This document shows, in pieces, positions 9,325 to 19,965 of a stretch of DNA of 33,746 bases. The position numbers and the translations under genes were made by a program. The stretch comes from Chrysochromulina tobinii (Eukaryota): NCBI GenBank assembly GCA_001275005.1, contig JWZX01002790.1, forward strand, positions 1-33,746, given 5' to 3'. How positions within the stretch are numbered: position 1 is the first letter of the stretch; each line of letters begins with the position of its first letter. The notes beneath the pieces are model-generated. The model made no database searches. It saw only the letters and a list, made by a program, of their open reading frames with translations, and had not been told where the DNA came from.

Positions 9325-12300
9325 TCACTTCTTCTTGCCCTTCGCAGGCTTCTCCTCGACGGGTGGCGGAGGTTCTTTGGTGAACTTGCCCAGCAGCTCT
9401 TGGCGTGCCGACACGGCGCTCGCATACGCACTCGCCGCGTCCGGCCGCTTGGCTTTCGTCGCTGTGATCGTGTGGCCAATGACGGCGGCGAGCTCGTCCT
9501 TCATACCGCCGCGCTTGGTCGCTCGCTCCGTGCGCCGCCCAACGATCTCGTTGAGGCGCTCGGCATGCGCGTCCTTCCACTCCTTCCACTCTTCCGAGGG
9601 GACCAGGCGTGCCTCAGCACCCTCGGCAAGCACGCGGCGCACGGTGCGCGGCGGGTCGACCTCGGCCGTGGGCGCGCCGGCTATCTCCTCATCCGCGGTC
9701 GCAGTGGCATCCAACTCGAGCGCCGCGAAGGCCGCCGCCTCCGCCGCCTCCTGCGCCGCCGCCGCCGCCTGCGCCTGGACGAGCTGCTCGACGAGAGCCT
9801 CCTTATCCTCACCGGTCGGTTCGAGGCCGTACTCGGCGATCCTCTCTTCGATCTCCGCCTCGCCCATCTCCATCGCCGCAGCGCGAGACGCCTCGATCGC
9901 CGCTGCAGTCTCGGCAGCCTTGGCAGCCTCGGCGGCCTCGGCCGCAGCGACGCGTGCCGCCTCGGCCTCCGCCGCAGCCGCAGCAAGCCCCGCGAGATAG
10001 GTCTCGCGGGCGCCCTTGGCTTTAGCGGCCCGACCGGGCGCGGAGGACTCCCACGAGGCGGCGAGCGCCGCAATCTCCTGCTCGCGAGCTGAATCCTTGG
10101 CGAGGCCCACCAGCTCCTTGGCACACGCCGTCACGGTCCAGCCCACGTCCGGCTCGTCCTCTGGCTCGAGCTCGGGCTTGCGCGGCCGCGTGCGCAGCCC
10201 CAGCTCGAGCCCGGAGATAGTGTCGACCATCACCTCAAGGATGATCTGTGTCTTCGGCGCCGGAGGTGGCTCCGGCTCTCCCTTCTTGCCCTTGGCTGGC
10301 GGAGGCGGCGCCACCGCCGCGTCTACGCCGACAGCCATCAGCGAGACGCAGCCAAGCCCTGAGCCCTCCGCGAGCACGCGCTCCTGAGCGTAGTAGGGGG
10401 GCTCGCCGCTCGGGGGCATGAGCTTGAACGCTCTCGCATGCACGAGAGCGGTCGGCAGCGTGCAGCCCACGTGCAGCGCGGACGTGCACGTCACCGCGCC
10501 GTTGAGCACGAGCCGGCAGAGCTTGTAGCTTGCATTCGGCTGGTACACGTCGGAGAGCGCCGAGGGCTTGAGGGGCGTCACAGTCGCCGCGACCTCGCTC
10601 GTCGATGTGAGCAGCAGCGACCAGCCGGAGGGCGGCAGCGCGCTCATCGGCTTGAGGTCAAACAGGAGCGTGTAACCGTTGGGGCTCTGCGCGGGATCTA
10701 AATCGAAGCCCCCCGAGACGAGCCCATCGAAGCTGGTGCACTCCTTCTGATCGGAGACGGGCTCCTCGCAGACCAAATGGAGGCGCGCCGTCGCCGCTGC
10801 GAGCGGGTCGGCGAGAACGAGCTTCGCGCACACGGTGCAGGCCACCGTGGGCTTGAGTGCAATCGATGCGCCGACGACCCACTGGCCTGCGGGCATCTCG
10901 GGCAGCTCCCCGCTGAGCGACAGCAACTGCAAGCTGAGCACATTCTTGCTGAGAACACTGAGCTCACCGAGCGAGAGAGGAGCGTCGCTGCACGCAGTGA
11001 ACGCCACGTGACACGCGCTCGCGACAGCGGCGGGCGGCGTCGGCACGGGCGTCTCTTTTGTCTCCGGAGCTCCCTCCTCCGCCGCGGCCTCGGCTTCCGT
11101 CGTCGGCACCTCGGGTGGCTCGTTCCGGTAGCCGTCGGGCAGCTGCGAAACCGCCGTGATCCGGTACGTGGTGCCGCGCTCGAGGGTGAGCACCACGGTC
11201 GTGCACGTCGTGATCGTCAGCTGGAGCAAGGTGGCTGCCGGCGCCGGCGCCGTCCAGTCATACTTCTCAATCGCGACTACGCAGCTGCCAAATGGCGGAG
11301 GCACCGGATCGCCGTCAGCAACGGGCAGCCCCTCCTGGGGCGTCACCCCCACCGCGAACAGCACCTCAGCTGGACCGTCGGCCGCGTCACCGCCCACGTG
11401 CAGCAGCGCCGGCGGCGCGCCCGGCGCCGCCTTCGCGACGGCCCTATGCGTGACAATGCATGCATACCGGTAGGGTCGATGAAGAATCGTCGCGCCGGAA
11501 AAGTAGCCATTCAAAGAGTCGTTCGAAAGCCACCAGTCGTAGAGAGGGACGCCTGCGCCACGGAGGCGCAGCCGCTGCAGCCGCTTCCAACTCAGCGCGT
11601 CCGCGAGCTCGTGTGACCAGGACGGCTCGTCGGTGTCGCACAGCGGGCCGGTCCACTCCATCACCTCTGTCTCGAGGCGCACGTAGCGATCTCGACCCTC
11701 GAGCTCACGCGCGTCGCGCACCACCACCAGAGGGCCGTGGTACAGGCCGACCTCGGCGAGCGCCTCCACCTCACCCGCAGGCAGCGTCACGCCCACGGCG
11801 CACTGGCACTCGGGCGCGAGCGCCGCGGCGAGCGTGTCGAAGGCGGCCTCCGCAGGGAAGCACGGAGCGATGGGCACCTGCTCCGGCAGCCAACCGGTGA
11901 GCCGCCAGAGCACGGCCGCGTCCTGCGAGAGCGAGGTGGCATACGGCGCGCCGAGCTTGCACAGCGCCTTGGCGAGCAGCAGCGGCCAGAGCTCATTCGG
12001 GTGGCTCGAGAGCGGGAGCAACGCTCGGCCGTGCGCGTCGAAAGGGATCCGATCGTCCACCACCACCAGACGCCAAGCTCCCTGCTCCCACAACCGGACA
12101 GCGTACTTGCCGCTCGCGCTGTAGGCTGGCGCGCCACCCGCCGCCTTCGGATAGATGCTCTCCCATAGGTACGCGCCCACCTCCAGCATGGGCTCCGGCA
12201 CTGCGGGTGCACCTGATGCTGTCGGTGGACGTGAGGCTTCGGCCGGCGGCGCCGTCGGCGGACGAGACGATGCGGCAGTTGGCGGACGAGTGGGTACGTG

Positions 12301-12765
12301 AGGAGGCGCATCCTGCTGCGGCAGCGGGTTGAGCATCGCCACCATCTGGAAGCACGAAGCCAGCCACGAGACCGTCGGCAGCACCTGCGGATCCAAACCG
12401 TTGCCCGGTCCAGCTCCCGGGTCCACAGGTGCCGCGCCCGGCACGAGCTGCGTTCCGACGGCGAGCTTATTGGGCATCGCACGAGGCGGCGGTGGCGGCG
12501 CGACCCCCTCGGCAACAGCGGGCTGCTCGACGACGCACGGGACCGCCCCCTCCGGCAGGAACTGAGATGGGCGCAGCCAAGTGATCTCACCGCCGGCGTA
12601 CAGGTCTGCCGGGAGCAAGAGGCCCGCGGGATCTTCGAATGGTGCGTCGAGCGCAAAGGGCTCCGCCGCGAGCACCGCCTCGGTCCACTCGGGATACTTG
12701 ACTTCGCCCGGCTCTGGCGCCTTATTCACGACAGGCTCGGGCTCGGGAGCCTTCTTGGGTGCCAT
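9325..12765 (-). CDS. ADGB: Androglobin-like calpain-domain protein, apparently lacking the globin/IQ module
   Basis: Calpain-like GKYAVRLWEQGAWRLVVVDDRIPFD...LLP...ELWPLLLAKALCKL and LTGWLPE, plus ADGB C-terminal motifs NGYTLL, DVYQPN and KDSAREQEIAALAASWESSAPGRAAKAKGARETYL. ATG (MAPKK) at 12765. Confidence 0.8.
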   Translation of the reverse strand: MAPKKAPEPEPVVNKAPEPGEVKYPEWTEAVLAAEPFALDAPFEDPAGLLLPADLYAGGEITWLRPSQFLPEGAVPCVVEQPAVAEGVAPPPPPRAMPNKLAVGTQLVPGAAPVDPGAGPGNGLDPQVLPTVSWLASCFQMVAMLNPLPQQDAPPHVPTRPPTAASSRPPTAPPAEASRPPTASGAPAVPEPMLEVGAYLWESIYPKAAGGAPAYSASGKYAVRLWEQGAWRLVVVDDRIPFDAHGRALLPLSSHPNELWPLLLAKALCKLGAPYATSLSQDAAVLWRLTGWLPEQVPIAPCFPAEAAFDTLAAALAPECQCAVGVTLPAGEVEALAEVGLYHGPLVVVRDARELEGRDRYVRLETEVMEWTGPLCDTDEPSWSHELADALSWKRLQRLRLRGAGVPLYDWWLSNDSLNGYFSGATILHRPYRYACIVTHRAVAKAAPGAPPALLHVGGDAADGPAEVLFAVGVTPQEGLPVADGDPVPPPFGSCVVAIEKYDWTAPAPAATLLQLTITTCTTVVLTLERGTTYRITAVSQLPDGYRNEPPEVPTTEAEAAAEEGAPETKETPVPTPPAAVASACHVAFTACSDAPLSLGELSVLSKNVLSLQLLSLSGELPEMPAGQWVVGASIALKPTVACTVCAKLVLADPLAAATARLHLVCEEPVSDQKECTSFDGLVSGGFDLDPAQSPNGYTLLFDLKPMSALPPSGWSLLLTSTSEVAATVTPLKPSALSDVYQPNASYKLCRLVLNGAVTCTSALHVGCTLPTALVHARAFKLMPPSGEPPYYAQERVLAEGSGLGCVSLMAVGVDAAVAPPPPAKGKKGEPEPPPAPKTQIILEVMVDTISGLELGLRTRPRKPELEPEDEPDVGWTVTACAKELVGLAKDSAREQEIAALAASWESSAPGRAAKAKGARETYLAGLAAAAAEAEAARVAAAEAAEAAKAAETAAAIEASRAAAMEMGEAEIEERIAEYGLEPTGEDKEALVEQLVQAQAAAAAQEAAEAAAFAALELDATATADEEIAGAPTAEVDPPRTVRRVLAEGAEARLVPSEEWKEWKDAHAERLNEIVGRRTERATKRGGMKDELAAVIGHTITATKAKRPDAASAYASAVSARQELLGKFTKEPPPPVEEKPAKGKKK

Positions 12766-12862
12766 GAGGAGACGAGGGGGAGGCCCAGGAGCTGCCAACA
12801 CGCTCTGGAGAGGCCTTCGCAGAGAACGCAGGTGAGAGAGGGCGACAACAGACAAGACGAAT

Positions 12863-12888
12863 CGTCAAGTCAAGTCAAGACAAGTCAA
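12863..12888 (-). repeat. (CTTGA)n/(TCAAG)n pentamer repeat upstream of the ADGB-like gene
   Basis: cgtcaagtcaagtcaagacaagtcaa is directly visible. Confidence 0.85.
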
Positions 12889-12995
12889 TAAAAAAGGCGT
12901 CCGAGAGCGGTGGGTGTCGTGATCAAAGGTCAGATGGAATCTCCGTCTTCAAAAAAGACGAATTTGGGTCATCGAAGAACAGTGTGGGTGCCACG

Positions 12996-14258
12996 ATGCG
13001 AAAGGCGAAAGCGGCGGAGAAGCCGAAGGGTCGGAAGAAAGCGCAGAAGGTGATCAAGGGAAAGTCCAAAGGCAGCAAGGAAGGTCTCACGTCCCCCAAA
13101 GACGTCATCACCGCATCAGAGAATGAGGACATCGAGGTCTTCTTTGTGGAGAATCTGTACGCGGAACGGCGCTGCAATCTCTGCACCTTTTGGCACTACC
13201 AGCTGTGCATCGATTGCCCGCGGTGCGGCGAGCCGCAGCTAGTATCAGACACACCATACGCACCCCCAAACAGCAGGGAGGCAAGTGAACAAGGGAGCCA
13301 ACGCCAAGGCGAGCACATTAGCTTGGCCGCTACGGCAATGCAAGGCCTCAAAGCCCTCATGGCTGGCAGCCGCGGCCAGAAAAAAGGGGCTGAGAAGAAA
13401 GGCAGTGAGAAGAAAGGGGCTGAGAAGAAAGGGGCGAAGAAGTCTAAGGGCAAGAAGAAGGGGGACCTGACTGATCGGTCAGAACGGGGGGGCGGACCTG
13501 TTGGAATCGAAGGTACGAGCACGCCTTCACTGGAGCCGGTCGCCGAAGAGCAAGCCGAGGAGATGATGATCTCGAAGGGTTCGAAGAAGATCATGATCCT
13601 GTTCGGGCCGCCTGGCGCGGGCAAGGGCTCGCAGGCCCCCAAGATTGTCGAAACCCTCGGCATTCCACAGCTCTCGACGGGCGATATGCTTCGGGCGGCG
13701 GTGGCTGCCGGCACGGCGCTCGGCAAGGAGGCCGAAGGCGTGATGAAGAGCGGCGGCCTGGTCTCTGACGAGCTGGTGGTCAACCTCATCAGGGAGCGCA
13801 TCGCGGCGGACGACTGCTCCAAGGGGTTCATCCTCGACGGCTTCCCGCGCACGATGGAGCAGACCCAGATGCTCGATGCGATGCTGGCGGAGGCCGGCGA
13901 GAAGGTCACTTACGTGGTGGCGCTCGACGTGCCCGATGAGGTGCTCACGGAGCGCATCTGCGGCCGTTGGGTACATAAGGAGTCAGGGCGCTCTTACCAC
14001 ATCAAGTTCGCCCCGCCCAAGAGCCTCGGCGAGCAGGAGCCTAGCGCAGAGACGATGCTGGACGATGAGACGGGCGAGCCCCTGATGCAGCGAAAGGACG
14101 ACACCGAGGAGGCGCTCAAGTCGCGCCTCGAGAACTACCACGCCATGACGGTGCCCATCCTCGATCACTACGGGCCAGCGGGCGTCGTCCACAAGATTGA
14201 CGCCAACCGGCCGCCACCGGAGGTGTGGGGCAGCATCGAGTCGGCCATTAAGAAATGA
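12996..14258 (+). CDS. AK: Adenylate kinase (long LID type) with a Lys-rich/Cys-motif N-terminal extension
   Basis: P-loop [47 protein letters not shown] and QRKDD. The core begins at about 13563, where an alternative start (MMISKG) is possible. Confidence 0.92.
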   Translation: MRKAKAAEKPKGRKKAQKVIKGKSKGSKEGLTSPKDVITASENEDIEVFFVENLYAERRCNLCTFWHYQLCIDCPRCGEPQLVSDTPYAPPNSREASEQGSQRQGEHISLAATAMQGLKALMAGSRGQKKGAEKKGSEKKGAEKKGAKKSKGKKKGDLTDRSERGGGPVGIEGTSTPSLEPVAEEQAEEMMISKGSKKIMILFGPPGAGKGSQAPKIVETLGIPQLSTGDMLRAAVAAGTALGKEAEGVMKSGGLVSDELVVNLIRERIAADDCSKGFILDGFPRTMEQTQMLDAMLAEAGEKVTYVVALDVPDEVLTERICGRWVHKESGRSYHIKFAPPKSLGEQEPSAETMLDDETGEPLMQRKDDTEEALKSRLENYHAMTVPILDHYGPAGVVHKIDANRPPPEVWGSIESAIKK

Positions 14259-14551
14259 GTGTGCCAGCATCCCCTCGTGTGGCTCTCGATCGTGATGCCA
14301 AGCTGGTTGGCGTGCCTGGGTGTGAGCGGCACCAGCGCCGACGGCCGCGGCATCTGATGCGGCGAGGAGATGCGACGGAATGGAAGCCTGTGAAGCCGGG
14401 CACCCGAGACCCCGTGTGTGATTCAGCGACATGCCGCACATGGAACATGTACGTCAGAGGTCAGGAAAAAGGAATAAAACGGGGACTAGGCGCGCGTCGT
14501 TTGTGACCGGATCGCGCTGAATGACGTGCATGCTGTATGCAAATCGAGAAA

Positions 14552-14590
14552 TCTTGACTTGACTTGACTTGACTTAGACGACTTGTCTTG
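14552..14590 (+). repeat. (CTTGA)n pentamer repeat just upstream of the ankyrin gene ATG
   Basis: tcttgacttgacttgacttgacttagacgacttgtcttg is directly visible. Confidence 0.85.
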
Positions 14591-14600
14591 TTTGTCTCGG

Positions 14601-15272
14601 ATGGCAAGCACAGCACTCATCCTGGCGGCGCAGCGCGGCGACTCGTCAGAAGTGAAGCGTCTCCTAGCCGCGGACGCATCGGAAGACCTACCCAATGTCG
14701 GCGATGCCCGGCATAACATGACGGCCATCGCGTGGGCTGCAGCCAGTGATGAGGAGTCCACGGTTGCGGTGCTGCTGGCAGATCCCCGCACGGATGCCAG
14801 CGTGCGCTCATCTCACCGCATGACGCCGTTGCACCATGCAGCAGCAGCCGGCTCGCTTCGGACTCTTGTCCAGCTCGTGGATGCTACAAGTGATGCTGAC
14901 GTGACCAACGAGTGGCTCGAGACACCGCTGCACCTCGCAGCTGCTGCTGGGCACCGCCAGGCGATCAAGACATTGCTTGCGGCCGGTGCCGACACCGCGC
15001 CTAGAGACCGCTGGGGTCGCACCGCGGCCATGGTCGCATACCAGCAAGGGCACGATCCGGAGGCCCTGGGCCTGCAGAAGCTGCCCGAGGCCGATGAGGC
15101 AGCGGCCAAGGTTGCGGTTTCCCGTCCAGTGGGACTGGAGACGGGTGGCCTTGGGGCCCTGGTTAATGAGCTCTCTCGGGTCGTGCTAGAGCGTGGCGGC
15201 GCGAGCAGCGCACCTCCAAACGTCATCGAGCGGCACATCTTCGAGTCCTCTAGCACGACGGTCAATGCGACT

Positions 15273-15303
<31 letters not shown>

Positions 15304-15941
15304 GGCCACCGCCACCTCCACCGCGACCGCCGCCGCCGCCAGCCCCCGCATGCAGTACCGACGGTGCGGTAACGGTCGGACGCAACGACGACCTTCTCGC
15401 GGCGCTGCGGATTCGGGCGGCCAAGGCCGAGGAGTGCTCCGCAACGGCTGAGCAAGCAGTGGCGGAGCTCTCGGCTGCGTCCGCGGTCGCTGCTGTGCCT
15501 GCTTCGACGCGTCCGACTCTGCCGCGCAAGCCCGCCCTCTCCAAGCTGGTGGAATACCCGGGCGATGCCGCCGCCATTGCGGCTCTGCTCGCAGCCGGCT
15601 CGGTCGAACCGAGTGGCAGGGACTTGTATGGCCTCTCCGCGTTGCACAAGTTTGTCGCGTGGGACAAGAGAGATCTGTGTGAGATGCTTCTGCCGCACCT
15701 GGGTGCCGGTGATTCCAGCGCAGCGGGCGGCCCTGACCAGCAAACAGTGTTGCACGCGGCGGCGGACATGGGTGGCTGCCGCGCGCTGCAGCTGCTGCTT
15801 GAGCGCCACGCCGAAGGGAAGCTGTGGCTTGATCTTGAGGCGAAGGACAAGCACGGTCGCACCGCGCACGCCCTCGCCCTCGAGCGCGGGCACGAGGAGG
15901 TGGCGGCGCTGCTGGCAGCTGCTCACGCTCAAAAATTGTAA
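14601..15941 (+). CDS. Ankyrin-repeat protein with central polyproline and WH2-like helix
   Basis: N-terminal ankyrins (TPLHHAA, TPLHLAA, GRTA), C-terminal ankyrins (GLSALHK, TVLHAAA, GRTAHALA), a PPPPPPPPPRPPP tract and GRNDDLLAALR. Confidence 0.85.
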
Positions 15942-16037
15942 AAACGTCGTGCTGAGCGACTCGAATTTTGTCGAAGGCTGTTTTTTCCGAAACAGCCGCC
16001 GTCCTTCGGACCGCGAACCAGAAGACATTGGAGCTAG

Positions 16038-16823
16038 ATGGTAGAAACACCACGCGGAGACGATGGATCAGTCGACATGACGGGCAGATATGTGGGCGAG
16101 GCAGACGCGCTGGGCAATTACGAGGGAAAAGGTAGGCTCAGATACGCAGACGGTGAGGTGTACGAGGGCGAATTCAAGGCGAATCTGTACCATGGGAAGG
16201 GTAAGCTCGAGTACGCAAACGGTGACGTATACGAAGGCGATTTTGTCTCTGCAAAGCAGAGTGGAAAGGGGACGTATCGGTGGAGCGCCAAGGGACCATC
16301 GGCCGGTGCTGTGTACACAGGCAGCTGGAAGGCGGGTGAGCGGCACGGGATTGGTAAGTTTGAGTTTGCTCCAGTTTACGCCGTGGGCGAGACCAATGGC
16401 GAGGTGTACGAGGGCGACTTCGAGATGGGGCAGCTCACGGGTCGAGGCATCTATCGCTATCCCAACGGCGACATGTTCGAGGGTGAGGTGCTGAACGGCG
16501 TTCGCCAGGGTCCCGGATATTACCTTTGGAGCTCAGGACGGCTCGACCTGACGGCGTTCCAGGCGAGCAAGTATGCTGGCAACGGGGTGCGCTGGTCCGC
16601 CGAGCGCGACTGCGCCTGGCGTCTCGTGGATGGCATTGAGACTGAGGCGATCTCTCTCGAGCAAGCTGAGGAGGAGAGGATCGTCCACGAGCAGCTGCTA
16701 GCTGACATCGTTGAGGCGCGCGAGAAGGCGAGGGCTGAAGCAGAGGAGGCCGCGGCGGCCGCCGCCGCGGCGGCAGCGGCCGGTGGGGGCAAAAAGGATG
16801 ACAAGAAGGGCAAGAAGAAGTAG
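16038..16823 (+). CDS. MORN-repeat protein (RSPH1/PIP5K-MORN-like)
   Basis: About 6 repeats of YEGEF..N.YHGKG.L.YANGD type; Ala-rich segment and KKGKKK tail. Confidence 0.9.
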   Translation: MVETPRGDDGSVDMTGRYVGEADALGNYEGKGRLRYADGEVYEGEFKANLYHGKGKLEYANGDVYEGDFVSAKQSGKGTYRWSAKGPSAGAVYTGSWKAGERHGIGKFEFAPVYAVGETNGEVYEGDFEMGQLTGRGIYRYPNGDMFEGEVLNGVRQGPGYYLWSSGRLDLTAFQASKYAGNGVRWSAERDCAWRLVDGIETEAISLEQAEEERIVHEQLLADIVEAREKARAEAEEAAAAAAAAAAAGGGKKDDKKGKKK

Positions 16824-17554
16824 CCGAGTCGGTCAAGTACGTTTGATACCCGCGGTGAGCAGGTTCGTTGTCGTTCCGATCGTCGCGGGTCCTCTTCACA
16901 CCCCGTGAGCCGTGACTGTGGGCTCAGCCCCAGCTGGCCGAGGCGCGCTCGCGGCTGCCCGGGGAGAGACCGTCAGGATTTCAGATAAATGTAGGACATC
17001 CTCAGCCTGTCATTGGTCTGACCCCATGTCAGTGGAGCGTGCACCGTTTCGATAAGTCTGTCTCTCGCGCGACCCGCGCGCCGTCCCGGCCGTGCCGCCG
17101 ACCGCCGCGCGTCGGTCCCGTCCTGGGACGCCTCCGCGCTCCGGGCCTCACACCGCGGACCGTTTCAGAGATTCAGACGGCCGGTCTGCCCCGCTGCCCA
17201 TACAAATCACGAGCAGTGGGACGAAATCGCGTGCGTCGCCCCTGCTCGCCACCGTCGCAATTCACATCATGCACAGTACCCGCCATGCGCGCGCACGCGT
17301 CGTCACCTCTCGCGCCGTTGTCTGACCCACCGCCAGCGATTGGCATGGCCATACGACTCAGGACCGACGCACGTGCTACATGAAGGCACACCCTCGCCCC
17401 TCCCTGTGTGAGGTGCGCCGATGGACGATCCGCACGACGGCCAGTTCAGTACTGATTAGATTACGCAGCTCGCGCGGCATGATTGCCCCTCCGCCGAGCT
17501 CTGCTCGAGACCAGTGACCACCACAACGCGCGCTTCCTGCGCTCAACACGGCGC

Positions 17555-18631
17555 TCAATAGGCGGGCGCGAACGAAGGGATCTTGCAGCCGGCCACCTGG
17601 ATGATCTGACGCGCCGCGTAGTTGCCTGCGTTGACGCACGTCTCGAGGTCGCAGCCGCATGCGAGCTTCGCGAGGAAGCCACCCACAAACGCGTCGCCCG
17701 CACCGTTGGTGTCGACGAGCAGCTCCTTGGCGAGTGGGGGCACCGGGAATTTGTGCAGCACGCCGCCGCACGCGACGAGCGTCGGGTCCTTGCCCTGGGT
17801 GAACACAACGATGCGAGGGCGGGTGCCGCTCGCTTTGGGCATCGCGGCGATCTTGAGTGCGATCGTGCCCACGTCTGTGGTACCGCAGCCCCATCCCTCC
17901 ATGGGCGTGCCGAACGACTTGCCCGAGCCGTACGAGGCCGCCTCCGTCTCGTTGCCGAAGAGGATGTCCACGTACGGCATGATCTCATTGTCGAGCGCCA
18001 TGCGGAACGGCGGTACCTCGCAGATGAAGGGCGCCGACAGGTTCACGCACATCGTCTTGCCCGTGGCCGCGCAGTGCTTGCCGTTGGCCACGATCGTGGG
18101 CACAGAGACGGTGATGAAGAAGCCGGCCGAGTAGAAGATCTTGGCCGCGTTCACCATCGCCTGGATCGCAGGCGTCTCGTAGTGGCTCGTGTTGTACTCA
18201 TTGGCAGCCCCGAGGCTGGTGCAGAGGGCGCGCTCGCCCGTCTTGCTGACGAGTACGGCGCACGTGCCTGTCGGGGTAGTTGGCTGCTTCATGTACTGCA
18301 CGTTGACGCCGTCCTCGCGCGCGCACTTCTCGAGCATCGCACCATTCTCATCGGAGCCGGTCGAACCAACGTATGCAGTCGCGCCCGCTGCGCCGGTCAT
18401 CCACTGGCACACGCGGATCGTGTTCTGCGTCGCGCCGCCCGCAATGTACTCGACCGGGTACTTGGCCATATATGCCTTGTACATCTCCGGCGTGGCGCCC
18501 ACATCTGGGGCCAGCACGATGTCGCCCGGCTTGAGCTTCCAGTTTTCAAACTCGGAGTCCTCGACGACGGCCGAGATGTCAAGTAGCGGGTTGCCGAAGC
18601 CAATGACGCGCAGATTCGAGATGTCAGCCAT
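17555..18631 (-). CDS. ADK: Adenosine kinase (pfkB family)
   Basis: GNPLLDISA, AGGATQNTIRVCQW, TGTCAVL, YSAGFFITVS, NLSAPFI, FGNETEA and VDTNGAGDAFVGGFL. Confidence 0.96.
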   Translation of the reverse strand: MADISNLRVIGFGNPLLDISAVVEDSEFENWKLKPGDIVLAPDVGATPEMYKAYMAKYPVEYIAGGATQNTIRVCQWMTGAAGATAYVGSTGSDENGAMLEKCAREDGVNVQYMKQPTTPTGTCAVLVSKTGERALCTSLGAANEYNTSHYETPAIQAMVNAAKIFYSAGFFITVSVPTIVANGKHCAATGKTMCVNLSAPFICEVPPFRMALDNEIMPYVDILFGNETEAASYGSGKSFGTPMEGWGCGTTDVGTIALKIAAMPKASGTRPRIVVFTQGKDPTLVACGGVLHKFPVPPLAKELLVDTNGAGDAFVGGFLAKLACGCDLETCVNAGNYAARQIIQVAGCKIPSFAPAY

Positions 18632-19965
18632 TGCGAACGAGGCTCTGTGATAATCGAGGGTAACGCAGCACTGTCAATACACGACCACAGCGAGGAGGAG
18701 GAGGAGTAGAGGTGCACCTCGCCGACGACGCTCACCGATGATGCAGATGCGCTCTCGTCGTGTCGAATTCACAGACCTCACGTCGGTGTGATGACGGCGT
18801 GTGGGGACGAGGACGAAATTGACCGACTGGCTTCATGCATGCTTACGGTTTCCTCAGATGAAACCATGAGAAAAAACCTTCTCGATCGAACCTTTATGCT
18901 CGGTGCAGTAAGAAGACACCGGGGGAGCCGTTAACGAGAGAGAGTTGTAACTTACCAAGCTACCTACACATTGGCAGGACCCCCTGAATTGCGGTGGGGG
19001 AATTTGAAGGGGGGCGTGAGAGTATAATGGCGGCATGCGGCATGCGACACGGAGACATGGAGATCACATGGTGAAAGGCGGGACCCGGGCATGGAAACTT
19101 GCTTCTTCTCCCAGAAGGGCCTTCTCCCGCCGTTAAGAGCCGTTAAGAGCCGGGACACACTTAAAGGTACCGAGCAGGGCAGCGCCTTTCCCCCGCGGTC
19201 CCTGCACTCGCCACACAGCAAGCCACACAGTCCAATGACTCACAGTCATGACCAAGCGCACCCGCCCCTGGCGGATGTCGAACTTAGCTTGCGTGGAGTT
19301 ACTTGCTTTGAAGATTTACAGCCTGGGCCGCATCCCATGTGGGTTCTCTCCGACAGGCTGCAATTTTGCCCTATTGCCCAAGGGGGGTGCTGCCCGTCCC
19401 GCCGTCCCGCCGACCCAGGCGGATCGAGAGGCGCACGCTCGGTCGGTCGGTCGGGGCCCTCAAGAGGAACTCAAGAGGGGACAGGCGGTTTTGGGGGGCT
19501 CGAAGTCCCGCCTCTCGCAGACGTTCCCGCGCAAGCCCAAGCGCCTCGTCGCACGCCGGCACGCGCATGCGCACGCACGCGGGGCCCCTTGCGCGGGGCC
19601 GCGCCTCGCGCGCCCGCGACCACGCCCACCCCGAAGTAGCGCCGTAGCGGGCGGCGGCGGCGGCGCGTGGCGCGCTGGCGCGCGCGGGCGTTGCCGGTTG
19701 AAGCGCGCGGGACGCCGGAAGGCCGGATGCGCGATCATGGCTGCAGCGTGCAGGCTGGTTCTTGGGTGGGACTCGGGCGCATCTTCGCGGCAAATTACTC
19801 GGTCGGAGCCTCGGTCGGTTGGTCGGTTGAGGAAATTTCGTAAGTGGGCCGAACGGCCGCCCAGATTTTTGCCCCTCACCCATGCGGAACGAAACTTTAT
19901 ACAGGAATTCGGCAGTGGGCAGCCTGCTGCAGGGCCCAGGTGGCAGGAGATTGATTGAGAAAGAC

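Noticed and set aside
18945..19100. ACTTACC...AATTTG resembling U1 snRNA
   Set aside because: There is no ACTTACCTG 5' end or U1-70K/U1A loop consensus.
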